The notes under the pieces are model-generated. The model was given only the letters and a program-made list of their open reading frames with translations. It did no database searches and had not been told where the DNA came from. The position numbers and the translations under genes are program-made. This document shows, one piece after another, positions 9,008-15,843 of a DNA stretch of 15,843 bases (position 1 is its first letter; each line of letters opens with the position of its first letter). Location: assembly GCA_964549075.1 (NCBI GenBank), contig CAZJUB010000063.1, positions 1 through 15,843 of the forward strand. Reading direction: 5' to 3'. The stretch comes from an uncultured archaeon (GTDB taxonomy: Archaea; Asgardarchaeota; Heimdallarchaeia; Heimdallarchaeales; Heimdallarchaeaceae).

Positions 9008-9417
9008 AAAAAATAGAAGTAAGGCCTATAGTCGAGGGAAAGGTGGAAAATCAAGCTATTGTTTCTCCCATTTCAATATCTTTCCTCGGTGGAGTTGACC
9101 CTGAAACAGGTATAATTATTGATAGTGAAAATCCTTTATTTGGAAAATCTATTTCAAATAAAATACTAGTTTTTCCTGAAAGCAAAGGTTCCACAGTTGG
9201 TTCCTATGTAATCTATGGTTTACAAGTGAATGGTGTTGCACCAGCAGCTTTTGTGACTAATTACGCGGAACCAATAATAGTTGCAGGAGCAATCTTGGCA
9301 GATATTATACTTGTTGATCAACCAGAAGAGGATTTATTTTCTAACATAGAAACTGGTGATCTTATCTCCATAGATACTGATACTAAACAGATAATAATTA
9401 GAAAAAAAAGTGATTGA
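9004..9417 (+). CDS. Aconitase X swivel-domain (small) subunit, DUF126
   Basis: ISFLGGVDPETG and KGSTVGSYV (catalytic Ser motif). ATGA overlap with the large subunit gene. Confidence 0.9.
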   Translation: MKKIEVRPIVEGKVENQAIVSPISISFLGGVDPETGIIIDSENPLFGKSISNKILVFPESKGSTVGSYVIYGLQVNGVAPAAFVTNYAEPIIVAGAILADIILVDQPEEDLFSNIETGDLISIDTDTKQIIIRKKSD

Positions 9418-9427
9418 AGGAAATTAT

Positions 9428-11113
9428 TTACCTTCTTTTCTTACCTTGTTGTTCAGCAAGGAGTTTTTGAAATTCATCTCTTAGAAGTGATTCTTGCTCT
9501 TGTAAAGCTTGTCTTCTATTTTCATCTAATTTTGCTTGAAGCTCCTCTAATGCAAGTTCTTTCTCCTTGTTTTTCTCTACATTAAGTTCTTCTAGTTCCT
9601 TCTTGTGTTGTTCTTCAAGCTGCTCAATAAGTTCTTTTTGTTCTTTCTCAGTTTGGATTTTAGCTGTTGAAAGAATACGTGATTTTTCGTCTTCAAAAGA
9701 TTGTTTTAGATTATCCATTTCCAATAAATGATCTTCGGTTAATTGAGCTTTTTCAGCTTCAAATTCGTTTTCATTAGCTTCAACTGCAGAAAGAAGTCTT
9801 TCTTCTATTACTTTATCACGTGCTTCAAAAACCAATTCAAGAAATTCCTCACTTGTAATCTCTCTAATTATTTCATGTACTCTCTCAATTGTTTGAATAT
9901 TAGTATAAGCAGTTTCGAATTCTTCTTTTGATAACATTATTTCAGAATCTTTAATGGTTTTTTCAAGAAAACCCATTATAAGATTTATTGCTTTTTCTGG
10001 AATAATTTCAATTGAACTTAGAGCGTTTTTTAATTCTAAGCCTTTTGTAGCAAGTTCAGCAAGTTCAATCTCATACTTTTTAATAATACTTTTTTCTCGG
10101 AAAATAAGCTCATATGGTCCAATCATCATAGTTTGTTTTGTTTGTAGCTGATCATAAAACGTTACATTTGCACTAAGCTCATAGATGGCTTCCTCTCCTT
10201 TTGGAATACCTTGAATTATTAGTTTTTGTTCAGTTGCATGTTTTGCAGGTAGTGCTTCTATGGTTATTTCTCTACTACCATCTAAAATTTCAATTCCTTC
10301 TGGTATATTAAGTTTGAAGACTACATTGTAAGCGTCTCCTTCTCCTTCGTTCTCGATAGATAGCACTAAATCATTAGATTCTCCAAATACCAAATCTCTT
10401 GAAACTTTAAGTTCAGGTAATATTCTTGGTAATTTGACTTTAGATCTAAAAGTTGTAACCACTGTATCCATTGCATTATCAATAGCAGAGAAAAATAACT
10501 CTCCCATAATTTGGGACAATCCTGGTTTAAGATGATTTCCAACAAGTTGTTGAGCATTCAAAAGTGATGAAGTGTCTGAATCTTTTACAGCTTTAATAGC
10601 ATGACCAGCTGCATAAAGAATCTGCTGAGCTCTTGTAAACCCAGGATCATCTTGAATTTGCGCAATATATTTCTTGTATAGTTCTTCAGCTGATTGATAA
10701 TCCTCAATTGAGAATAAAAAGAAACAAGCTGTAGATACAAGAATTATACCTCTATCATATTCATTCCACATTAAATATTCTTGAGCAGCTTTTATCAAAT
10801 CCTCTACAACAGCTCTTGTTGCAGCCTCCCAGTCATCTTTAGATCCAAGTTTCTTGAAAATATAGGCAACATAATAGAGATTTTGAGCACTCATACGAAA
10901 TTGTTTTTTCTCTTTGTTTTCTTCTGATGCTCGAATAAAATTCTTTATTGCCTCATGATACAAATCTTCTGCTTGAGCCAACCCCCTTGTAGCTTCCTGA
11001 TTTTTGGCAGCTTCCAAATATTTCCTTGCTGAGTCAGAGTAGTTAGCACTTTTGAATAAATCTCTAGCTTCTGACATTAATTTAGCAAGGTCCTCGTCAT
11101 ATGACTTTTCCAT
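9428..11113 (-). CDS. Uncharacterised 561-aa protein: TPR/SNAP-like helical N-terminus, Ig-like (CARDB-type) middle domain, C-terminal coiled coil
   Basis: aa ~1-222 have amphipathic helical repeats rich in Y/A. aa ~229-340 show a beta-strand pattern with SIENEGEGDAYNV and NIPEGIEIL. aa ~430-555 are E/K/Q/L-rich coiled coil. No signal peptide or TM helix is visible. Confidence 0.8.
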   Translation of the reverse strand: MEKSYDEDLAKLMSEARDLFKSANYSDSARKYLEAAKNQEATRGLAQAEDLYHEAIKNFIRASEENKEKKQFRMSAQNLYYVAYIFKKLGSKDDWEAATRAVVEDLIKAAQEYLMWNEYDRGIILVSTACFFLFSIEDYQSAEELYKKYIAQIQDDPGFTRAQQILYAAGHAIKAVKDSDTSSLLNAQQLVGNHLKPGLSQIMGELFFSAIDNAMDTVVTTFRSKVKLPRILPELKVSRDLVFGESNDLVLSIENEGEGDAYNVVFKLNIPEGIEILDGSREITIEALPAKHATEQKLIIQGIPKGEEAIYELSANVTFYDQLQTKQTMMIGPYELIFREKSIIKKYEIELAELATKGLELKNALSSIEIIPEKAINLIMGFLEKTIKDSEIMLSKEEFETAYTNIQTIERVHEIIREITSEEFLELVFEARDKVIEERLLSAVEANENEFEAEKAQLTEDHLLEMDNLKQSFEDEKSRILSTAKIQTEKEQKELIEQLEEQHKKELEELNVEKNKEKELALEELQAKLDENRRQALQEQESLLRDEFQKLLAEQQGKKRR

Positions 11114-11134
11114 AAAGTTAAGCTACAGATAAAA

Positions 11135-11142
11135 TATATAAA
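11135..11142 (-). promoter_or_regulatory. TATA box of the 561-aa gene (probably leaderless mRNA)
   Basis: Minus-strand TTTATATA ends 21 nt before the ATG at 11113, with no SD-like motif in between. Confidence 0.5.
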
Positions 11143-11220
11143 CATTATTTAAGGTTCTAAGAAGTTTTAAAATAGCATAAGAAAGGCTTAAGTCAAATAT
11201 TGTGAGTTTTTAAAAAGCGA

Positions 11221-11297
11221 TGGTGGACCGGGCGAGATTCGAACTCGCGGCCTTTTCCATGCCAAGGAAACGATCTTCCAGACTGATCTACCGGCCC
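11221..11297 (-). tRNA. tRNA-Ala (anticodon GGC), intronless, CCA encoded
   Basis: Cloverleaf: acceptor GGGCCGG/CCGGTCC with G3:U70, D stem GATC/GATC, anticodon arm TTTCC-TTGGCAT-GGAAA, T arm GCGAG-TTCGAAT-CTCGC, 3' ACCA, 77 nt. Followed by TCGCTTTTT. Confidence 0.97.
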
Positions 11298-11368
11298 AGA
11301 ATTAACCACTCAATAACCTCATTCTATTGAGTTTGATGAGTTCTTAACTACAGGTTTATTTCGTAAAT

Positions 11369-11533
11369 TTAGTGCTTATGCCAAGCATAGTTTCTTAGTT
11401 TAGTTGATCTTCCGAAACCACAAGATGCACATTGTTTATGTCTTCTATGATATGATCTATTCCCGCATCTTCTACAAACAATATGAGGTGCTTTTTTGTT
11501 GTGCTTTCCAAATGATGGTGTTCCTTTAGTCAT
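11369..11533 (-). CDS. rpl37e: 50S ribosomal protein L37e (eL37), not in the ORF track
   Basis: Manual translation: [54 protein letters not shown] (54 aa). It has the L37e zinc ribbon and the usual position downstream of the Sm gene. Confidence 0.96.
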   Translation of the reverse strand: MTKGTPSFGKHNKKAPHIVCRRCGNRSYHRRHKQCASCGFGRSTKLRNYAWHKH

Positions 11534-11555
11534 TTTAATACCTTCTTTCTAGATT

Positions 11556-11783
11556 CTATGCTGGAGGAGGACTAATCATAATAACATTGTCACCACGTAC
11601 AATGACGTCTCCTAATTTTGAAGCTCCTTCATCTCCAATTTCTTCTGCATCTTCAAGAGTTAGATTAAGATGAATATCATAATTTTTCAGAATACCTCTC
11701 ATTCTTCTATTACCACGTAATCTAATCAATACTCGTTTTTCTCTTGCTTGATTCAAGATATCCATCGGTTTGTCAGTTGTCAT
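11556..11783 (-). CDS. Sm-like archaeal protein (SmAP/Lsm)
   Basis: Sm1 motif GILKNYDIHLNLTLEDAEE and Sm2 motif VIVRGDNVIMISP. Start moved to ATG 11783 (75 aa), which has a GGAG upstream and a TATA box at 11828-11835. Confidence 0.94.
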   Translation of the reverse strand: MTTDKPMDILNQAREKRVLIRLRGNRRMRGILKNYDIHLNLTLEDAEEIGDEGASKLGDVIVRGDNVIMISPPPA

Positions 11784-11827
11784 AGTTATTACTCCAAAAC
11801 TATACGAAGTCCAGCTTAAAGATTTGA

Positions 11828-11840
11828 TTATAAAAGTTTC
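11828..11840 (-). promoter_or_regulatory. BRE/TATA promoter of the lsm-rpl37e(-tRNA-Ala) unit
   Basis: Minus strand reads GAAAC-TTTTATAA, ending 44 nt upstream of the lsm ATG. Confidence 0.55.
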
Positions 11841-11958
11841 TGTTATGTAGAATAACAAAATAGAGTTAAGTGATAGCTCCTTTAGTTAGAAATCGTTACC
11901 TTTAAGTAGAGAACAACTTGCTTCCTTCTTAAGTTATTATTAATATAAGGCGAAACTA

Positions 11959-12456
11959 ATGAGTACAGAATATGTAACTGTAGATTTGCTTGTAGATGGC
12001 GGAAAAGCCACTCCTGGAGGAGCTATGGGTCCAGCTTTAGGTCCACTTGGAGTCAATATTGGTCAGGTAATTCAGGAGATCAATAGTCAAACTCAAGCTT
12101 ATGCTGGAATGAAAGTTCCAGTGAAAATCACTGTTAATAAAAAAACCAAAGAATTTGATCTTGTAATCGGGATTCCTCCTGCTTCTGCCCTTGTATTAAA
12201 AGCTGCAAATATTCCTAAAGGATCCGGAACTCCTAATACTGAGATTGTTGGAAACATCACTTTTCCACAATTGATAGATGCTGCTAAAGCTAAATGGGCT
12301 GATTTATCAGCGGGTACTGTCGGTGCTGCTTGCAAGGAAATACTTGGAACAATGGTTTGTATGGGTGTTACTTGCGAAGGAAAAGATCCTCGAGAAGTAC
12401 AAAAAGAAATTGATGAAGGAAAATATGAAGAACTTCTAAAAGCAGCAGAGATATAA
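11959..12456 (+). CDS. rpl11: 50S ribosomal protein L11 (uL11), archaeal type
   Basis: LVDGGKATPG..GPALGPLGVN, GMKVPVKI, GIPPASAL, KEILGTMVCMGVTCEGKDPREV and IDEGKY. Confidence 0.96.
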   Translation: MSTEYVTVDLLVDGGKATPGGAMGPALGPLGVNIGQVIQEINSQTQAYAGMKVPVKITVNKKTKEFDLVIGIPPASALVLKAANIPKGSGTPNTEIVGNITFPQLIDAAKAKWADLSAGTVGAACKEILGTMVCMGVTCEGKDPREVQKEIDEGKYEELLKAAEI

Positions 12457-12526
12457 TCACATTTAGAGTTAATCAACAGAACAATTAAAAATAGGAAATA
12501 AAAGAAATTAAACGAGGCAGAAGAAC

Positions 12527-12718
12527 ATGAGCAAAGTTGTTGCTAAAATACGAACTTTCTTTATTAACAGTCGTAAAGTGCTTCGACATGCAAAACGACC
12601 TAGTAGACGTGAACTCTCCATTACAACCAAGATGAGTGCATTGGGGATTGTAATAATTGGTGTAATTGGATATGTTATTAGTTTGATATTTAACGCAATA
12701 ATGGGTACCTTAACTTAA
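12527..12718 (+). CDS. secE: Protein translocase SecE / Sec61-gamma
   Basis: RKVLRHAKRPSRRE amphipathic helix and hinge, then a single TM LGIVIIGVIGYVI. Adjacent to spt5. Confidence 0.92.
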   Translation: MSKVVAKIRTFFINSRKVLRHAKRPSRRELSITTKMSALGIVIIGVIGYVISLIFNAIMGTLT

Positions 12719-12742
12719 AATAAAATCAAGAGAAGTGATAAA

Positions 12743-13231
12743 ATGCCTATCTATGCCCTAAGAACAACAATCGGTCAAGAGCATTCTTTAAGCGAGCAAT
12801 TAGCTCGAAGAGCTGAAAGAAGGCCAAATCTAAAGATTTTCTCAGTTTTAGTGCCTGGAGGACTTAAAGGCTATATCTTTGTTGAAGCTAATTCAATTGA
12901 TGATGTGGAATTATTGGTTGAAGGTATGCGTCATGTTCGAAAAAGACCTAGAGCTTCAAGAGCTGAAGAGATACCAATTGAAGAGCTTGATAATTTCTTA
13001 GTACCAAGACCTGTAATAGAAGGTGTTGATATCAACGATATTGTGGAAGTTATTAATGGACCATTCAAAGGTTCGAGAGCTAGAGTTTTAGATATTAATG
13101 TAGGAAAAGAAGAAGTTACAGTGGAACTTCTAGCCATGGATTTACAAATTCCTGTTACAATTTCTGGAGAATCAATTAGAGTAGTTGAAAAGTCAGTAGA
13201 AAAAGAGACAGAAGAAGAATATTTGCTGTAA
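12743..13231 (+). CDS. spt5: Transcription elongation factor Spt5 (NusG family)
   Basis: NGN domain IYALRTTIGQE...LKGYIFVEA and KOW domain DIVEVINGPFKGSRARV. Confidence 0.96.
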   Translation: MPIYALRTTIGQEHSLSEQLARRAERRPNLKIFSVLVPGGLKGYIFVEANSIDDVELLVEGMRHVRKRPRASRAEEIPIEELDNFLVPRPVIEGVDINDIVEVINGPFKGSRARVLDINVGKEEVTVELLAMDLQIPVTISGESIRVVEKSVEKETEEEYLL

Positions 13232-13280
13232 ATATCTTAACACTCTCTTTCTAATATCGTATTTTTAGGTGCTTTTGTAA

Positions 13281-14324
13281 TTAGAGAAATTCTTCTAAAG
13301 TTGGTTTTTCTTTAGTTATTTTGATAGGTCTAGCGAATATTTTGAGTTTTTGTCTAACAATTGAAGCAAATTCCGAATCAAATCCGTAGATTGTATAAAC
13401 TTTTTGTGGATTTATTGCTTCTACGTGATTTAATAGTTCATTACAGTTAGCGTGCATTGAAAATGGAAAAGCTTGGTTAAAGTTAGAAAAAGTAAAACGG
13501 GATGCTTGTCCTGTTACTATACTTCTTATTGTTTTATGAGCATTAAGAAATACTGGTGTTTTTTTCATAGCTCTTGGTAAAAGAATAACACTATTCTCTG
13601 CTTCAAACTTAGTATCATTCAAAATGTCAAACGTATTCCAATTAAGATTTATACCTTCTTGCTTGTAAATTTGGTTTATTTGACTCGTTCTATCATCACA
13701 GTAAATATCGATTGAAAGCATTTCATTTAGAAAAGCAATTAACTCCTGAGCACCTCCTAGGTGCCCAATATTTATTACTGGTATTTTCTTTCTCTGAAGA
13801 TTATCTGCAATCCATTTCAAAATAGAAATCTTTATTCTGTCTCTAGAATCAAAAAATAAGTCTGCTTTACCATATGTTGATTCAATAATTAGTATGTCAA
13901 TTTTGTCATCTGGAACCTCTGCTTTTGGCACAGTTAACATCTTATCTGTACTAATATCTCCAGTATAGCAGAAAGTTAAATCATCGAAGTAAAAAATGAT
14001 TTGAGCAGCACCAAGTAAATGACCTGCAGGAATAAATTTTACTTCTATATCATCTATATTTATTTTTTTGTTAAAATCAACAAAATGAGTGTTCTTAGAC
14101 TTCTTAGCAGTTAAACTCTCATATAATTTACTTGCTAACTCAGTAGAGAATACTTTGATTCCTTCATTTGGGAAAGCAATTGAATGATCTGTATGGGCAT
14201 GAGTAATAAGAGCAGTATCACTACTAGAGGCAGCTTTTGCAGTAGTGGGATCAGCTATCAAAGTTAGATTAGATGGTTTAGATAAGAATTTAACTCCGCT
14301 TTCGTATTTAAATAATGTAGGCAT
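13281..14324 (-). CDS. Metallo-beta-lactamase/beta-CASP family nuclease
   Basis: ITHAHTDH, PAGHLLGAAQ, YTGD, IESTYG, LGGAQEL and FSMHAN motifs. No N-terminal KH domains, so it is not aCPSF1. Confidence 0.85.
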   Translation of the reverse strand: MPTLFKYESGVKFLSKPSNLTLIADPTTAKAASSSDTALITHAHTDHSIAFPNEGIKVFSTELASKLYESLTAKKSKNTHFVDFNKKINIDDIEVKFIPAGHLLGAAQIIFYFDDLTFCYTGDISTDKMLTVPKAEVPDDKIDILIIESTYGKADLFFDSRDRIKISILKWIADNLQRKKIPVINIGHLGGAQELIAFLNEMLSIDIYCDDRTSQINQIYKQEGINLNWNTFDILNDTKFEAENSVILLPRAMKKTPVFLNAHKTIRSIVTGQASRFTFSNFNQAFPFSMHANCNELLNHVEAINPQKVYTIYGFDSEFASIVRQKLKIFARPIKITKEKPTLEEFL

Positions 14325-14393
14325 GACTGAACTCCAGATTCTTCAATAGCTGTTGAAACTGTGTTAATTATGGTATTAAGTCTTTACTTGCTT

Positions 14394-15842
14394 CTAGGCA
14401 ACTTCTAATTCTTTAGCTACAGCATCTGTTATGTTTCTGAATTTTAGACCAAGCATCATTGAGCCTTCGAATTTTAAATCCTTAGCCATATAAGCTGAAG
14501 CTGCATTCATTGTACCTGTAAAGATACCACTTGCAATCGAAGGATCCATGCAAATTGTTACATCTGGTTTTTCGATTTTACTTTCTCCTGTTGTGAACAA
14601 TCCATTCTCTATTTTTATGAAATAATGGATATCATCACCAATTGAAATTTGAAACTGTAGTTTTGTTTTCTTATACTTCTTCTGTATCTTTTCATCTAAA
14701 TTACAGATTTCTGATAATAATTCAAGATAGCTTGGGATATCATCATTAGTGAATGTATGTCGCTTAATCTTTATCTGTATTAAAGATTTTAAATCCCCCT
14801 CTTTTATATCAAGTGTATCTGAATATAACATATCTGCTTCTGGAGTTTCAACTATGAGGCCAAGATCATATCCTTCTTGGACTGAATCTACAATTTTACG
14901 AGGATGAGTTTCTTTACAATCTCCTATTTTAAACACCCTCTTAACATGATTCTTAACCATGTTTTCAATCTCTAGTGATGCTTGTGTTGTTGTTAGTGCT
15001 AACTCATCAAATTTTATTTTTGACTTGTTACCATTTTGTTCAACTATTAGTTCAGAACCTTGAATCTCCGTAATAGTTGTTTCATACATAATTTCTATTT
15101 TATCGTCTTCCTCAATTGTAGGAGTTATCTCTCGTGCGACTAAAGAATAAACATCGATTCCAAGTCGTTTTTTATCGGTTATAATAGTGACATCCTTATT
15201 GGCACATGAAAGATACTCTGCCAACTCTATACCTATCATGTCTCCTCCCACAATCACTATATTTTGTCCTTTAGGGAATGATCCACTAAAAATATCTGCA
15301 TAAGTTTTATACTTAGAATTGCTAATTCCCTTAATGTCCGGTAATTTAGGTGAAATACCTGTAGCAAGAATTACTGTGTCTGGATCATATTGTTTAAGAA
15401 TTCCTTCTGTAAGTTCGTTATTTCTTTTAACTTCTATCTGGAGTTTATCTATGATGAAATTGTAGTATTCAATGAGGTTTTGTACCTCCTTTTTCATTGG
15501 AGCAACACTTGCATAATTTAATGACCCACCAATAAATGGTTCCTTTTCGATTATTGTAACTTTATGTCCTCTTAATTTTGCTACTCTAGAAAATTCCAAA
15601 CCAGCTGGACCGCTTCCTACTACAAGGATCCTCTGAGGATTGTCTGTTTTTCCTATTATATCATCAGATGCAGTGAGATTAGGATTGATTGAACAGAGAA
15701 CTTGTTGTTCTGTCATTATTTGGTTAAGGCATGTGTTACAACCAATACACGTTCTAATAGAATCCACTTTGCCTTCTTTTATTTTATTTGGAAATTCAGG
15801 ATCAGCAATCAGTGCTCGTCCTACTGTTACTAAATCTGCCTT
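14394..15842 (-). CDS. OYE-family FMN/4Fe-4S/FAD oxidoreductase (2,4-dienoyl-CoA reductase-like) with a C-terminal SCP2 domain; 5' part lies outside the window
   Basis: The frame is open to the window edge and reads KADLVTVGRALIADPEFPNK (end of the OYE barrel), then CIGCNTC-x11-C (4Fe-4S), VVGSGPAG (FAD), ILATG and IGDC. The C-terminal PDVTICMD...IFTGTMNAASAYMAKDLKFEGSMMLGLKF is an SCP2 signature. Confidence 0.88.
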   Translation of the reverse strand, partial: KADLVTVGRALIADPEFPNKIKEGKVDSIRTCIGCNTCLNQIMTEQQVLCSINPNLTASDDIIGKTDNPQRILVVGSGPAGLEFSRVAKLRGHKVTIIEKEPFIGGSLNYASVAPMKKEVQNLIEYYNFIIDKLQIEVKRNNELTEGILKQYDPDTVILATGISPKLPDIKGISNSKYKTYADIFSGSFPKGQNIVIVGGDMIGIELAEYLSCANKDVTIITDKKRLGIDVYSLVAREITPTIEEDDKIEIMYETTITEIQGSELIVEQNGNKSKIKFDELALTTTQASLEIENMVKNHVKRVFKIGDCKETHPRKIVDSVQEGYDLGLIVETPEADMLYSDTLDIKEGDLKSLIQIKIKRHTFTNDDIPSYLELLSEICNLDEKIQKKYKKTKLQFQISIGDDIHYFIKIENGLFTTGESKIEKPDVTICMDPSIASGIFTGTMNAASAYMAKDLKFEGSMMLGLKFRNITDAVAKELEVA

Positions 15843-15843
15843 A

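Noticed and set aside
8689-10557. ORFs 8689..8910, 8789..8971, 9743..9931, 9954..10151 and 10366..10557
   Set aside because: All are short shadows fully inside the aconitase X or 561-aa genes.
9428-11221. Integrated element at the tRNA-Ala 3' end
   Set aside because: There is no integrase, no duplicated tRNA 3' fragment was seen, and the flanking genes are housekeeping with similar composition.
11784-11858. 25-aa N-terminal extension of the Sm protein given by the ORF track
   Set aside because: The extension contains the likely TATA box and SD motif. The 75-aa form matches typical SmAP length.
12099-13137. ORFs 12099..12476(-) and 12931..13137(-)
   Set aside because: They are antisense shadows of rpl11 and spt5.
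1-15843. CRISPR arrays, long tandem repeats, IS elements, defence systems
   Set aside because: The window is densely coding with short intergenic gaps. No regularly spaced repeats, terminal inverted repeats, transposase or defence-type ORFs were seen by eye.

Overview
An AT-rich archaeal chromosomal segment made up mostly of housekeeping genes. Archaeal origin is shown by eL37, an Sm/Lsm protein, archaeal uL11, SecE/Sec61-gamma, NGN-KOW Spt5, Nep1, a single-module ZPR1 and TATA-box promoters. An Asgard (Heimdallarchaeia-like) source is plausible but is only an inference. From left to right: a photolyase gene broken by an in-frame TGA; a small 8-Cys zinc-finger protein; a small membrane protein; lipA and lipB; nep1; a fused ADP-forming acyl-CoA synthetase; ZPR1; an HhH-GPD glycosylase followed by a two-subunit aconitase X (probable phosphomevalonate dehydratase); a 561-aa uncharacterised protein; tRNA-Ala(GGC); rpl37e (missed by the ORF track); Sm/Lsm; rpl11-secE-spt5 in a non-canonical order; a beta-CASP nuclease; and the 3' part of an OYE-family flavoprotein fused to an SCP2 domain. 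No CRISPR array, integrase or transposase was seen. The best novelty candidates are: (1) the 561-aa protein, which reads as a SNAP/Sec17-like helical solenoid plus an Ig-like sandwich plus a long coiled coil; (2) the OYE-SCP2 fusion; (3) a bacterial-type LipB/LipA pair in an archaeon; (4) uL11 lacking the conserved Pro-Pro motif and moved upstream of secE-spt5; (5) the nonsense-interrupted photolyase. All family comparisons come from motif recognition by eye, not from database searches.
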